Assembly: GCA_963676105.1 (NCBI GenBank)
Contig: OY781039.1
Coordinates: 1,931,220-1,963,219, forward strand
Reading direction: 5' to 3'
From: Erysipelotrichaceae bacterium
Lineage (GTDB): Bacteria > Bacillota_I > Bacilli_A > Erysipelotrichales > Erysipelotrichaceae
Length of the DNA: 32,000 nt
Both the position numbers and the translations under genes were made by a program. Below, piece after piece: positions 1 through 10,590 of this stretch. A model generated the notes under the pieces. The model had not been told where the DNA came from, did no database searches, and saw only the letters and a program-made list of their open reading frames with translations. Each line of letters begins with the position of its first letter. The stretch's first letter is position 1.

Positions 1-54
1 AAAGATCAATGGGCACAAGATATTTATGAGGCTTGTGTAGGGGATAATAAGTAA
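1..54 (+). CDS. 3' end of an unidentified upstream gene (partial, runs off window)
   Basis: Frame 1 is open from the window edge to TAA at 52-54 (...KDQWAQDIYEACVGDNK*). The stop lies 1 nt before the next ATG, so the gene is probably co-transcribed with the V-ATPase genes. It is too short to name. Confidence 0.3.
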   Translation, partial: KDQWAQDIYEACVGDNK

Positions 55-55
55 A

Positions 56-1096
56 ATGGGACGTAGTGCTTCTTCAGCTATGGCAACTAAAGCCATCGCA
101 ATGTATGGTCACCATTTAAAAGAAGCAGATTATGTTGAACTACTTCGAAAGAATACGGTTCAGGAAATTGCCGGATATTTAAAAGCTGAAACGGCTTTTA
201 GATCATCACTAAAAGGGATTACTGAGAATACCATTCATCGAGGTTTTTTAGAAACGCTTGTAAGACAAGAATTCTATATTGATTTCATTAAACTGATTCG
301 TTATGGTGATCCAAGTAAAAAAGATTTCTATCGATTTGGCATTGTTCAAATTGAGATTAAACAAATCTTGGTTGCGATAAGAGCACTAACTGAACATGAT
401 CGAACTAATCAATTAGCTCAGTTACCATTATTTGCGAAAAAAATGATGAGTTTCGAGTTAGAGAAACTGGTCAAGGTATTTAGCTTTGATGATTTGTTAA
501 ATGTTTTGAAAAATACCGATTACTATAGAATCTTATTACCCTTAAAACCAATTATAGGTAATGAAGAAATTGATTATGTGGCTTGTGAATTAGCATTAAA
601 GAATTATTTCTTTGATTTAATGAATAAGTTAATCGAAACTAAGTTTAGTGGAAAAGATAAACAATTACTCTTGGATGTCTTTAATTCACGCATTGAATTA
701 GAACATCTTACATATATTTATCGTTTAAAGAAATACTTTAAATTAAGCTCAAGTGAAATTAAAGAATACATAAAACCTATATCTGTTCATATTCCTAAAA
801 AGAAAACCATGCATTGGGTTGAAACAGGTGAAGCTGAAGATATTTTGGAGTTATTGAAAAATTCATACTATCATATTGAGTTTGATTTACATGATTTAGG
901 TCATATTGAGAATATAGTTGATCGTGTACAGTTTAAACAAAATCGAAAAATGTTACGACATACTGGGAATGCAGAAATCGTTCTCATCGCATATATGAAT
1001 CTACTTGAAGTGCAGATTCAAAATATTATCGACATCATTGAAGGTGTGCGCTATCACATCAATCGAGACCGTTTGTCGAAGATATTGATTTATTAG
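56..1096 (+). CDS. ntpC: V/A-type ATP synthase subunit C (V0 d-like)
   Basis: 346 aa, all-helical, with length and sequence pattern typical of bacterial V-type subunit C. It is the first gene of a tightly packed V-ATPase gene string. Confidence 0.88.
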   Translation: MGRSASSAMATKAIAMYGHHLKEADYVELLRKNTVQEIAGYLKAETAFRSSLKGITENTIHRGFLETLVRQEFYIDFIKLIRYGDPSKKDFYRFGIVQIEIKQILVAIRALTEHDRTNQLAQLPLFAKKMMSFELEKLVKVFSFDDLLNVLKNTDYYRILLPLKPIIGNEEIDYVACELALKNYFFDLMNKLIETKFSGKDKQLLLDVFNSRIELEHLTYIYRLKKYFKLSSSEIKEYIKPISVHIPKKKTMHWVETGEAEDILELLKNSYYHIEFDLHDLGHIENIVDRVQFKQNRKMLRHTGNAEIVLIAYMNLLEVQIQNIIDIIEGVRYHINRDRLSKILIY

Positions 1097-1106
1097 GAGA
1101 TATAAC

Positions 1107-3074
1107 ATGGCAATAGAAAAAATGCGCCTGCTTCGCTTAGCAGGAACAAAAGACAATATTGAAGAATTCGTATTACATGCCTTTGCGACTTATGACTTAC
1201 ATGCTGAGTTAGCATCTAAAGTTGTCAATGAAGGTAATGGTGGAAAACTCATGCCTGAGGATTCACGCTATGCAGAATTCTTAAATCGTATTGAAAATAT
1301 TATTTCTCATTTACATGCAGAAGTACGGTGTGCTTATGATGGACATTCATTCTTCACAATTGATGAGATTGAACATGAGATCCATGAAGCAGAAGTTAAT
1401 TTCGAAAAGATTACTGAAACGAAACTTGGTCAATCTAAATTATCTAAAGAAGATTTACAAGCGATTTCTAAACTTCGTGAATTTGATATCTCAGATTTAA
1501 ATCATACTCAGTTTATAGGGATTCACTTTGGTAAAATTCCTGTAAATTCTTTAGAGAAATTAGATTTATATGAATTAAACTCGGCGTTTACTGTACATAC
1601 ATTAGTTGAGAATGATTACTATGCGTGGATCTTAGTGATGTGTATGACTGAAAAACATGAAATGATTGGCAATTTCTTAACATCTTTATATTTTGAACCA
1701 ATTGCAGTGCCTAAGTTTGATGATGAGAAATTATCCTTCGATTGTGAATCAAGACTAGGACGCATCTATGGATTTGTTCACTATAAAGCAGATATTCGTA
1801 AATACTATAAATATATTGCGGTCTTTGGTGAAACCTATGTTATTACAGGGTTTGTGCCGGAAAAGAATGTTCAATATTATAAATCACTCTTTGGCGATCT
1901 GCATAATGTGGTTATTGAAGATAAACCACCAACCCGAGAAGATGAAGGGGCAGAAAGCTTAATTGTTAAAAAGGAAGATGATGAAGGGCATGTCCTTCGA
2001 GTCAAGAACGTAACCACCGAAACCGGAGATGTTGAAGAATTCAAGGTACAAGATTTCCCAGCTGGAATGGAAGAAGGACTAGAACCTCCAACTGTTCTTA
2101 GAAATGGTTGGTTTGCGAAACCATTTGAGCTGTTTGTAGAAATGTATGGATTACCACATTATCATGATTTCGATCCAAGTTTAGTCTTTGCGATCACCTA
2201 TAGTTTACTCTTTGGAATTATGTTTGGAGATTTAGGTCAAGGTGTCTTACTCTTTATATTTGGTAGTTTTATGTATAAACGAAGTGGTGGTCAACTTTGG
2301 GCTATTATTCAAAGAATCTCGATTTCTTCTATGGTATTCGGTCTATTATTTGGCTCTGTCTTTGGCTTTGAACATATCTTAGATCCACTTTATCACTTGC
2401 TCGGGTTCCGTGAAAAACCAATTGAAGTTATGAGTAATGCATTTACAATGCCACTTCTACTCAGCGCAGTTGGACTTGGCGCACTTTTGATTTTTGGAGC
2501 GATTGCTTTAAATACCATTTTGAACTTTAGACATAAGAAATATGGTGATGCTTTCTTCAGTCCGAATGGTATTGCAGGACTTGTGTTCTATGGTTCAATT
2601 ATTGGATTTATCGTATTGGAAATGGGTTTAGGTTATGAAGTTACAAACTCATTTACGATCGCAATATTCATTGTCTTACCACTACTTGTTATCTTATTCC
2701 ATGCGCCACTTGATAGTGCGATGCATAAAATGAAATATCAACCACATGAAGGATGGGTTGGTTATATTGTCGAAGGTATTTTTGAACTATTAGAGATTGT
2801 GTTAAGTTTCTTAACTAACACTATGAGTTTCCTTCGTGTAGGTGGCTTCGTATTAAGTCACGCCGGAATGATGCTAGTTGTCATGACTCTTCATGAAATG
2901 ACTGGTCAATTCGGTATTATTGTTGTAATTCTTGGCAACATCTTCGTGGTGGGCCTTGAAGGCTTAATTGTAGGTATTCAAACCCTACGTTTAGAATATA
3001 ACGAGATGTTTAGCCGATATTTCGAAGGCGGGGGTAAAAAATATATCCCTACAACGCTATTAAACAATGATTAG
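1107..3074 (+). CDS. ntpI: V/A-type ATP synthase subunit I (stator a-subunit)
   Basis: 655 aa with a soluble N-terminal half and a multi-TM C-terminal half. It has the typical PPTxLxN...KPFE...DP segment and the LRLxxxE-type C-terminal region (IQTLRLEYNEMF). Confidence 0.92.
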   Translation: MAIEKMRLLRLAGTKDNIEEFVLHAFATYDLHAELASKVVNEGNGGKLMPEDSRYAEFLNRIENIISHLHAEVRCAYDGHSFFTIDEIEHEIHEAEVNFEKITETKLGQSKLSKEDLQAISKLREFDISDLNHTQFIGIHFGKIPVNSLEKLDLYELNSAFTVHTLVENDYYAWILVMCMTEKHEMIGNFLTSLYFEPIAVPKFDDEKLSFDCESRLGRIYGFVHYKADIRKYYKYIAVFGETYVITGFVPEKNVQYYKSLFGDLHNVVIEDKPPTREDEGAESLIVKKEDDEGHVLRVKNVTTETGDVEEFKVQDFPAGMEEGLEPPTVLRNGWFAKPFELFVEMYGLPHYHDFDPSLVFAITYSLLFGIMFGDLGQGVLLFIFGSFMYKRSGGQLWAIIQRISISSMVFGLLFGSVFGFEHILDPLYHLLGFREKPIEVMSNAFTMPLLLSAVGLGALLIFGAIALNTILNFRHKKYGDAFFSPNGIAGLVFYGSIIGFIVLEMGLGYEVTNSFTIAIFIVLPLLVILFHAPLDSAMHKMKYQPHEGWVGYIVEGIFELLEIVLSFLTNTMSFLRVGGFVLSHAGMMLVVMTLHEMTGQFGIIVVILGNIFVVGLEGLIVGIQTLRLEYNEMFSRYFEGGGKKYIPTTLLNND

Positions 3075-3086
3075 GAGGAACTTTAA

Positions 3087-3533
3087 ATGTTAACATTGTT
3101 TCAAATCTTTGGCCCTATGGTCGTAATTGCATTAGTGATGATTCCACTTTATTTCATCTTAAAGGGGAATGTAAATTCTAAAAATGCAAAGTTTAGAGTA
3201 TTAACTCAAATTTCAGTTTTCAGTGCTGTTTTTCTTGCTGTATTTTTATTCCAATTAAATGGTTTAGTTGCTCAAGCAGCTGAAACAACAAGCGCAACAA
3301 CTGGTTTTGTTGGATCTAACGCTCAAGGTATGGGCTTCTTAGCGGCTGCTTTAGCGACTTCTGCATCAGCCATTGGTGCTGGTTTAGCGGTTGCATCTGC
3401 TGCTCCTGCTGCGATTGGCGCAATCAGTGAAAACAGCGAAAACTTTGGTAAAGCAATGATCTTTGTTGCTTTGGCTGAAGGGGTTGCGATTTACGGTTTA
3501 TTAATCTCAATTTTAATTATCAACGCATTATAG
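3087..3533 (+). CDS. ntpK: V/A-type ATP synthase proteolipid subunit K (c-ring)
   Basis: AGGAGG lies 8-9 nt upstream. The C-terminal hairpin GAGLAVASAAPAAIG...FVALAEGVAIYGLLISILI carries the conserved ion-binding Glu. The N-terminal ~65 aa add two further hydrophobic helices. Confidence 0.85.
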   Translation: MLTLFQIFGPMVVIALVMIPLYFILKGNVNSKNAKFRVLTQISVFSAVFLAVFLFQLNGLVAQAAETTSATTGFVGSNAQGMGFLAAALATSASAIGAGLAVASAAPAAIGAISENSENFGKAMIFVALAEGVAIYGLLISILIINAL

Positions 3534-3541
3534 GAAACGAT

Positions 3542-3850
3542 ATGAAGTTTTATGTAATTAGTGATAATACAGATACGCAAATGGGCTTGCGTTTAGCAGG
3601 TATCGAAGGTGTTGTTGCGCATACGCGTGATGAAGTGTTAGAGGAGCTCAACAAAGCAATTGCGATGGATGACGTAGCGATTATTTTAATGACGACTTTA
3701 GCGATTAACACCTGCGCTGATGTGGTCGCTGATTTAAAACTGACACTACAACGTCCACTGATTGTGGAAATTCCAGATCGTCATGGTAGTGCGAAAATAT
3801 CAGAAGTGATTGACTCGTATATATCAGAAGCGATTGGCATCAAGATTTAA
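3542..3850 (+). CDS. V/A-type ATP synthase subunit F
   Basis: 102 aa; the MKFYVISD...GLRLAGIEGV pattern is typical of V-type subunit F. Operon position also fits. Confidence 0.85.
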   Translation: MKFYVISDNTDTQMGLRLAGIEGVVAHTRDEVLEELNKAIAMDDVAIILMTTLAINTCADVVADLKLTLQRPLIVEIPDRHGSAKISEVIDSYISEAIGIKI

Positions 3851-3861
3851 GAGGTAGACAC

Positions 3862-4458
3862 ATGGAAGATTTAGAAAAAAGAACACAAGATTTAGTCGAT
3901 GAGATTAATCGAAAAGTCGATCAATTGATTGAAGAGTCGAATCAATATTTTGAAGACGAGAAAAAACGTTTAATTACAGAATATGAGAACGAAGCACGAG
4001 AAGAAACTAGTGTCTATTTAGAACAGGAACTTAATGAACTTAAGATTAATGTTCAACTCAAAGAATCTCAAGCCAAATGGAAAGCACGTAAAGATTTATT
4101 TATTCAACGTCAAACGATGGTCGATGAATTATTTAATGATATTTCTAAAAAATTAATTGCCTATTCACAAAGTACTAAATATGATTCTTGGTTAAAAGAC
4201 TCATTAACAAAAGTGCTTGAAAAAGTAAGTAAAGAAAATCCAGTCGTAATCGAATATAAACCAATTGATCAACCAATGGTTGAACGTTTATGTAAGGACT
4301 ATCAAGATGTTGTGACAATTGAAAGTCGTGAAACGATTTTTATTGGTGGTTATATTGTGACTTATACCAATCTTGGATTAGAGGAAGATAATACCATCGA
4401 TGTTAAGTTAAAGGATCAGAAGGAATGGTTTGCAATCAATTCCGGTCTAGATTTCTAA
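3862..4458 (+). CDS. ntpE: V/A-type ATP synthase subunit E (peripheral stalk)
   Basis: 198 aa with a long charged N-terminal coiled-coil helix and a C-terminal globular part. It sits between F and A. Confidence 0.8.
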   Translation: MEDLEKRTQDLVDEINRKVDQLIEESNQYFEDEKKRLITEYENEAREETSVYLEQELNELKINVQLKESQAKWKARKDLFIQRQTMVDELFNDISKKLIAYSQSTKYDSWLKDSLTKVLEKVSKENPVVIEYKPIDQPMVERLCKDYQDVVTIESRETIFIGGYIVTYTNLGLEEDNTIDVKLKDQKEWFAINSGLDF

Positions 4459-4468
4459 GGAGGGTCAT

Positions 4469-6217
4469 ATGGAAGCTACAGTCTATTCAATAAACGGACC
4501 TGTTGTTAAGGTCAAAGACGTTAAAACATTTCAAATGTTAGAAATGGTTTACGTTGGTGAAAAAGAACTGATGGGTGAGGTCATTAAAATTGATGATCAC
4601 TATACGACCATTCAAGTTTATGAAAGTACCACTTCTGTCAAAGTTGGTGAACCTGTTTTTAAAACAGATAATCCACTTAGTGCTAGTTTAGGTCCTGGTA
4701 TTATTTCAAATATTTTTGATGGAATTCAAAGACCACTGAAAGAAATGGCTCAAACATCAGGTATGTTTGTTTCGGCTGGACGTGGTATTGAATCTTTAGA
4801 TGATAAACGTAAATGGGAAATTACATTTACAGTTAAAAAAGGTGATGTTTTAAAATCTGGTGAAATCTTTGCGACATGTCCTGAGACTTCATTGATTGAA
4901 CATCGATTTTTAGTCCCAAATGGTATTTCTGGTACTGTAACTAGCATTAAAAAAGATGGTTCTTATACCATTAATGAAGAGCTTATAGTATTGACTGATG
5001 ATCATGGTTTGACACATCCTTTAACCATGGTTCAAAAATGGCCAATTAGACAAGCACGTCCTACAGCACATCGTAAAGTTATTTCGATGCCGCTTATTAC
5101 TGGGCAACGTGTTATCGATACTTTCTTCCCGATTGCGAAAGGTGGAGCTGCGGCTGTACCTGGAGGCTTTGGAGCTGGTAAAACAATGACTCAACATCAA
5201 CTTGCGAAATGGTGTGATGCTGATATTATCGTTTACGTTGGTTGTGGTGAACGTGGAAATGAAATGACTCAAGTTCTTGAAGAATTCTCAGAACTAGTTG
5301 ACCCAAAATCACAAAAACCACTAACGGATCGTACAGTGCTTATTGCGAATACATCTAATATGCCTGTTGCGGCTCGTGAAGCAAGTATTTATACCGGTAT
5401 TACCTTAGCTGAGTATTATCGTGATATGGGTTATCATGTCGCGCTAATGGCGGATAGTACATCACGTTGGGCTGAAGCCTTACGTGAAATCTCAGGTCGT
5501 TTAGAAGAAATGCCAGCTGAAGAAGGGTTCCCAGCTTATCTACCTTCACGTATTTCTCAATTCTATGAACGTGCTGGTTATGTTGAAACTTTAGCGCATA
5601 ATGAAGGTTCAGTTACCTTAATTGGTGCTGTTTCTCCACAAGGCGCAGACTTCTCAGAACCTGTTACTCAAAATACAAAACGTTTTGTCCGTTCATTTTG
5701 GGCATTAGATAAATCATTAGCTTATGGTCGTCACTTTCCAGCGATTAACTGGAATCAATCTTATTCTGAATATTTAGATGATTTAAAGAAATGGTTTGAT
5801 ACAAATGTTGATCGTCGTTTTGTTGGTTTACGTCGAGAAATGATAGCGATTTTACATGAAGAAACACAACTCATGGAAATTGTTAAACTGATTGGTTCTG
5901 ATGTATTACCAGATGATCAAAAATTAACGCTAGAGGTCTCTCGTGTTATTCGTGTTGGATTCCTTCAACAAAATGCATTCCACCCTGAAGATACCTATGT
6001 ACCTTTGGAAAAACAATTAAAAATGTTGCTGATTATTTCATATCTTAATGAAAAATGTAAAGAAGTTATTGCGGAGAAGAAACCAATTCGTTCGATTGTC
6101 GAAACAGATATCTTCGAAGATGTGATTAAGATTAAATATGATGTTAAAAATAGTGAACTCGAAGTCCTCGATGGATACTTTAATAAGATCGATCAAGCAC
6201 TTGCGAGCATTCAGTAA
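4469..6217 (+). CDS. ntpA: V/A-type ATP synthase catalytic subunit A
   Basis: 582 aa with Walker A GGFGAGKT, the non-homologous insert typical of A subunits, and the ...SRWAEALREISGRLEEMP... motif. Confidence 0.97.
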   Translation: MEATVYSINGPVVKVKDVKTFQMLEMVYVGEKELMGEVIKIDDHYTTIQVYESTTSVKVGEPVFKTDNPLSASLGPGIISNIFDGIQRPLKEMAQTSGMFVSAGRGIESLDDKRKWEITFTVKKGDVLKSGEIFATCPETSLIEHRFLVPNGISGTVTSIKKDGSYTINEELIVLTDDHGLTHPLTMVQKWPIRQARPTAHRKVISMPLITGQRVIDTFFPIAKGGAAAVPGGFGAGKTMTQHQLAKWCDADIIVYVGCGERGNEMTQVLEEFSELVDPKSQKPLTDRTVLIANTSNMPVAAREASIYTGITLAEYYRDMGYHVALMADSTSRWAEALREISGRLEEMPAEEGFPAYLPSRISQFYERAGYVETLAHNEGSVTLIGAVSPQGADFSEPVTQNTKRFVRSFWALDKSLAYGRHFPAINWNQSYSEYLDDLKKWFDTNVDRRFVGLRREMIAILHEETQLMEIVKLIGSDVLPDDQKLTLEVSRVIRVGFLQQNAFHPEDTYVPLEKQLKMLLIISYLNEKCKEVIAEKKPIRSIVETDIFEDVIKIKYDVKNSELEVLDGYFNKIDQALASIQ

Positions 6218-6229
6218 GGAGGCGTAAGC

Positions 6230-7669
6230 ATGAGTATTCAATATAAAGGCTTAAAAGAGATTAAAGGTCCCCTTATTGTTTTAGACAATATTAAAAATGT
6301 TGGTTTTGAAGAAATGGTCGAAATCGAACTTGATAACGGCTCAACAAGAACAGGCCGTGTCATCATGATTGAAGGGGATAAAATTGTTGTTCAAGTATTT
6401 GAAGGAACATCAGGTTTATCTCAAATCAATACAAAAACAAAACTCTTAGGACATCCAATGCAAATCGCGTTATCCAAAGAAATTTTAGGTCGTGTCTTTA
6501 ATGGTGCAGGAACTCCGATTGATGGTTTAGGTGAAGTTTTTGCGAATGAATATGCCGATATTAATGGTAGTTCATTAAACCCTGTTATGCGTAAATATCC
6601 ACGTAACTATATCAATACTGGTGTGTCTGGCATTGATGGTTTGAACACTCTAATTCGTGGTCAAAAACTACCAATCTTTTCAGGCTCAGGTTTACCTCAT
6701 AATCAATTAGCGGTACAAATTGTACGTCAAGCGAATATTGCGGCTGAAGCGGGTCAAGAATTTGCGATTGTTTTTGGCGCAATGGGTGTTAAAAATGACG
6801 TAGCGGATTATTTCAGACGTTCATTTGAAGAAACAGGTGTTATGGAAAAAGTTGTTATGTTTATGAACTTATCCAATGACCCAATTATTGAGCGTATCTT
6901 AACGCCACGCTGTGCTTTATCTGCCGCTGAATATCTAGCCTATGATGTAGGTATGCACGTTTTAGTTATATTGACTGATATTACATCCTATTGTGAAGCT
7001 TTACGTGAGTTCTCTTCATCAAAAGAAGAAATTCCAGGACGTAAAGGATATCCAGGTTATATGTACTCTGACTTAGCATCATTATATGAAAGAGCAGGGA
7101 TTGTTGAAGGGCGCAAGGGTTCTGTAACTCAAATTCCTATTCTTACTATTCCTAATGATGATATTACCCATCCAGTTCCTGACTTAACTGGCTATATCAC
7201 AGAAGGTCAAATTGTTTTAGATCGTAATCTTCATCAGAATGGTTTATATCCACCAATTGGTATCTTACCGTCACTGTCTCGTTTAATGAAAGATGGTATT
7301 GGTGAAGGGTATACCCGTAAAGATCATTCATCTCTTGCGACACAACTCTTCGCATGTTATGCAAAAGTTCAAGATGCGCGTTCACTCGCATCTGTTATTG
7401 GTGAAGAAGAGTTATCTGAAGTTGATAGAAAATATATGGCTTATGGTCGTTTATTTGAAAAAGTATATATTGCCCAAGGATTTGAAAATAATCGAGCAAT
7501 CGAAGAAACATTAAATCTCGGTTGGCATTTATTATCCTTATTACCTAAGAAAGAACTCGATCGTATTCCCCAGGAATTAGTGGATGAATACTATGACAAT
7601 CACAATGCGATTGCATACTTCATGGCTGCCATGGGTGGCGATGTCGACGAGATTTTAAAAGAGGCTTAA
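6230..7669 (+). CDS. ntpB: V/A-type ATP synthase subunit B
   Basis: 479 aa with ...[44 protein letters not shown]..., typical of the non-catalytic B subunit. Confidence 0.97.
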   Translation: MSIQYKGLKEIKGPLIVLDNIKNVGFEEMVEIELDNGSTRTGRVIMIEGDKIVVQVFEGTSGLSQINTKTKLLGHPMQIALSKEILGRVFNGAGTPIDGLGEVFANEYADINGSSLNPVMRKYPRNYINTGVSGIDGLNTLIRGQKLPIFSGSGLPHNQLAVQIVRQANIAAEAGQEFAIVFGAMGVKNDVADYFRRSFEETGVMEKVVMFMNLSNDPIIERILTPRCALSAAEYLAYDVGMHVLVILTDITSYCEALREFSSSKEEIPGRKGYPGYMYSDLASLYERAGIVEGRKGSVTQIPILTIPNDDITHPVPDLTGYITEGQIVLDRNLHQNGLYPPIGILPSLSRLMKDGIGEGYTRKDHSSLATQLFACYAKVQDARSLASVIGEEELSEVDRKYMAYGRLFEKVYIAQGFENNRAIEETLNLGWHLLSLLPKKELDRIPQELVDEYYDNHNAIAYFMAAMGGDVDEILKEA

Positions 7670-7672
7670 AAG

Positions 7673-8302
7673 ATGGCCGCAACAAAAATTTCTCCAACTA
7701 AAGGGAACTTATTACATTCTAAAAAATCCCTACAACTTGCGAAACTCGGTTATGATCTAATGGATCGTAAGCGTAGTATTTTAATTCGCGAAATGATGAT
7801 GTTGGTTGATAAAGTCAAACTGTTGCGTGATGAAATCACTGAAGTTTATGCAGAAGCTTATCTTGCGCTTCAAGCAGCTAATATTTCATTAGGGGTTGTT
7901 TCTGAAATTTCCTCTGCCGTTACCATTGAAGATGGTGTGAAAATTGTCTATCGTTCAGTTATGGGCGTTGAGATTCCATCTGTTAGTTGTAGCGATAAAC
8001 CGATTCAATTTGAGTATGGATTTGAAGACTCTAACTCTAAATTAGATGAAGCAACCATCAAGTTTAATCAAGTAAAGAAAATGACCATTTTACTCAGTGA
8101 AATTGATAACTCTATTTATCGATTAGCTCGCGCCATTCAAAAGACTCAAAAACGTGCAAATGCACTTCAAAATATTGTTCTTCCTAATTTAAAAGCTGAC
8201 ATTAAATTCATTGCGGAAGCATTAGAAGAAAAAGAACGTGAAGAGTTTACACGCTTGAAAGTTATTAAGTCACAAAAAGAAAATGCAAAGAATGCAGCTT
8301 AA
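7673..8302 (+). CDS. ntpD: V/A-type ATP synthase subunit D (central stalk)
   Basis: 209 aa. The N-terminal ...SPTKGNLL..KKSLQLAKLGYDLMDRKR... and C-terminal helix are typical of subunit D. Confidence 0.9.
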   Translation: MAATKISPTKGNLLHSKKSLQLAKLGYDLMDRKRSILIREMMMLVDKVKLLRDEITEVYAEAYLALQAANISLGVVSEISSAVTIEDGVKIVYRSVMGVEIPSVSCSDKPIQFEYGFEDSNSKLDEATIKFNQVKKMTILLSEIDNSIYRLARAIQKTQKRANALQNIVLPNLKADIKFIAEALEEKEREEFTRLKVIKSQKENAKNAA

Positions 8303-8354
8303 AAAGTTGCATTTTTTTTTAGGACTATTTGAATTTAATGCGTTTATATATAGT

Positions 8355-8690
8355 ATGAAGGTCTATCAATTTGAAGAACTAGATACATTGGTACGGTTCC
8401 ACTTACGCTTTTATAAGAAGCAAAAAAGCAAAGAAGACTTCTATGCGAATAACATGGAGGTGTGTGAGGCACAAACGCATCGTCCGCTTGAGAAAGTTTA
8501 TGTTTTTTGTATTGAACAATCCCTATCAGAATTGAGTGAAGATGAGCGATTAATACTCACCAAAGAGAATCTCGAATCAACTAATAAAAACTGGTGGATG
8601 GAGTACTTTTCTAAGAGTACATATTATCGATTAAAGTATAAGGCTATGGACCGTTTTATTCATTGTTTACATTCAGAAAGCGTGGTATGA
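8355..8690 (+). CDS. hypothetical small protein with a C-terminal sigma-70 region-4-like helix-turn-helix
   Basis: The ORF track gives 8283-8690; I prefer the ATG at 8355 (MKVYQFEE...) because 8283 overlaps ntpD. The C-terminus ...LSEDERLILTKE...WWMEYFSKSTYYRLKYKAMDRF... resembles small sigma-r4/ArpU-like HTH proteins. No clear SD precedes either start. Confidence 0.4.
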   Translation: MKVYQFEELDTLVRFHLRFYKKQKSKEDFYANNMEVCEAQTHRPLEKVYVFCIEQSLSELSEDERLILTKENLESTNKNWWMEYFSKSTYYRLKYKAMDRFIHCLHSESVV

Positions 8691-8709
8691 TGTTTGTGAA
8701 AATTTCGAC

Positions 8710-8737
8710 TTGAAAATATTTTTTAAGTCGCTATTAA
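8710..8737 (+). promoter_or_regulatory. candidate sigma-70 promoter for ptsI
   Basis: TTGAAA (8710-8715), a 16-nt spacer, then TATTAA (8732-8737), with AAGGAGA before the ATG at 8756. Confidence 0.4.
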
Positions 8738-8755
8738 AAATCTAAGGAGAAACAC

Positions 8756-10465
8756 ATGCTAAAAGGTATTGCTGCAAGTAGTGGCGTAGTCGTCGCGAAA
8801 GCTTACAAAATGGTTCAACCCGTTTTTGAAATCACAAAGAAGACTGCTAATGTTGAGGAAGAATTAGCTAAATTTGAAGCTGCTATTCTAAAGACTCGTG
8901 AAGACATTGAAAGAATTAAAGCGAAAGCTGTTGGAAAACTATCTGACGAAGAATTAGCGATTTTTGATGCTCACATTATGGTTACCATGGATCCTGAGTT
9001 TACAGGTCAAATGGAAGAAATGATTAAGAGTGATAGCGTTAATGCTGATTATGCTTGTCACGAAGTTTCAAGTATGTTCATCAATATGTTTGAAGGAATG
9101 GATGACCCATACTTTAAAGAACGTGCTGCTGATATTAAAGACGTTAGTTACCGTTTAACATGCCATATCTTAGGCTTAGAAATGGCTGACTTATCACTTA
9201 TCAATGAAAAAGTTATTATCGTTGCTCACGATTTAACTCCTTCTGATACAGCTCAGTTAAATAAAGAATTTACATTAGGTTTCGCTACTGCGATTGGTGG
9301 ACGTACATCTCACTCCGCAATTATGGCACGATCACTTGAAATTCCTGCAATCGTTGGTATTTCTGGTTTACTAGAACAAGTTAATCACGGTGATTTAATT
9401 GCTTTAGATGCGATTGATGGTGAGTTACACTTAAATCCTACTGAAGAACAAATCAAAGACTTTGAGAAAAAAGCTGAACGTTACGAAAAATTAAAGGAAA
9501 GCTTAAAAGTTCTTAAAGATGCTGAATCTATCACAACTGATGGACATCACGTTGAATTGGTTGCCAATATCGGTACACCAAATGATGTTGACGGTGTTCT
9601 AAATAATGGTGGTGAAGGTGTTGGTTTATACCGTACAGAATTCCTTTACATGGATGCTAAAGACTTCCCAACAGAGGAAGATCAATATACTGCTTATAAA
9701 ACTGTCCTTGAAAGAATGGGTAAAAAACCTGTTGTTGTTAGAACATTAGATATCGGTGGTGACAAAGAGTTAAGTTACTTAGACCTACCACATGAAATGA
9801 ATCCATTCTTAGGTTATCGTGCGATTCGTTTATGTTTAGATCGTCCAGAGCTTTTTAAAACTCAAATTCGTTCATTACTACGCGCATCAGTACATGGAAA
9901 CCTCTGCATCATGTTCCCAATGATCGCAACGCTTGATGAATTTAGAGCGGCTAAGAAATTTGTAAAAGATACTGAAGCTGAATTAAAAGCAGAAGGAATT
10001 GAAGTGGCTAAATATCAATTAGGTATTATGGTTGAAATTCCTGCAGCTGCAGTACTTGCTGATCAATTTGCGAAAGAAGTTGACTTCTTCTCAATTGGAA
10101 CAAACGACTTGATCCAATACTCAATGGCTGCTGATAGAATGAGTGAAAAAGTTTCTTATCTCTATCAACCATTCAACCCATCATTACTACGTTTAATCAA
10201 AATGACCATCGATGGTGCTCATAAAGAAGGTAAATGGTGTGGAATGTGTGGTGAAATGGCTGGTGAACCATATGCTGTACCTCTACTACTTGGTTTAGGT
10301 TTAGATGAGTTCTCCATGTCTGCAACATCAATCTTACAAGCTCGTAAAATTGTTCGTTCATTAAGCTATAAAGATATGCAAGATTTATCTGCTAAAGCAA
10401 TTAATCTTTCTACAATGGAAGATGTACTTGATTTAGTTAAAAAGAACGTTAAATTTGACGATTAA
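8756..10465 (+). CDS. ptsI: phosphoenolpyruvate-protein phosphotransferase (PTS enzyme I)
   Basis: 569 aa with the active-site His region [21 protein letters not shown] and C-terminal ...[12 protein letters not shown]... Confidence 0.97.
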   Translation: MLKGIAASSGVVVAKAYKMVQPVFEITKKTANVEEELAKFEAAILKTREDIERIKAKAVGKLSDEELAIFDAHIMVTMDPEFTGQMEEMIKSDSVNADYACHEVSSMFINMFEGMDDPYFKERAADIKDVSYRLTCHILGLEMADLSLINEKVIIVAHDLTPSDTAQLNKEFTLGFATAIGGRTSHSAIMARSLEIPAIVGISGLLEQVNHGDLIALDAIDGELHLNPTEEQIKDFEKKAERYEKLKESLKVLKDAESITTDGHHVELVANIGTPNDVDGVLNNGGEGVGLYRTEFLYMDAKDFPTEEDQYTAYKTVLERMGKKPVVVRTLDIGGDKELSYLDLPHEMNPFLGYRAIRLCLDRPELFKTQIRSLLRASVHGNLCIMFPMIATLDEFRAAKKFVKDTEAELKAEGIEVAKYQLGIMVEIPAAAVLADQFAKEVDFFSIGTNDLIQYSMAADRMSEKVSYLYQPFNPSLLRLIKMTIDGAHKEGKWCGMCGEMAGEPYAVPLLLGLGLDEFSMSATSILQARKIVRSLSYKDMQDLSAKAINLSTMEDVLDLVKKNVKFDD

Positions 10466-10479
10466 TCTTTAATTATAAT

Positions 10480-10513
10480 GTCTCACTTTAATAACAAAGT
10501 GGGACTTTTTTTA
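10480..10513 (+). terminator. rho-independent terminator after ptsI
   Basis: The 10-bp stem gtctcacttt/aaagtgggac (one G-U pair) has a 6-nt loop and is followed by a T-run at 10506-10512. Confidence 0.8.
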
Positions 10514-10590
10514 TCTATAATAGACATGACTTAAATAACATATTTAGCCCATTAAAAAAAATTTTTTAATGAATTCGCTTACATTACTTT

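Noticed and set aside
8695-8710. Possible CcpA cre site (tgtgaaaatttcgact) upstream of ptsI.
   Set aside because: The central CG of the cre consensus is missing and the dyad symmetry is poor.
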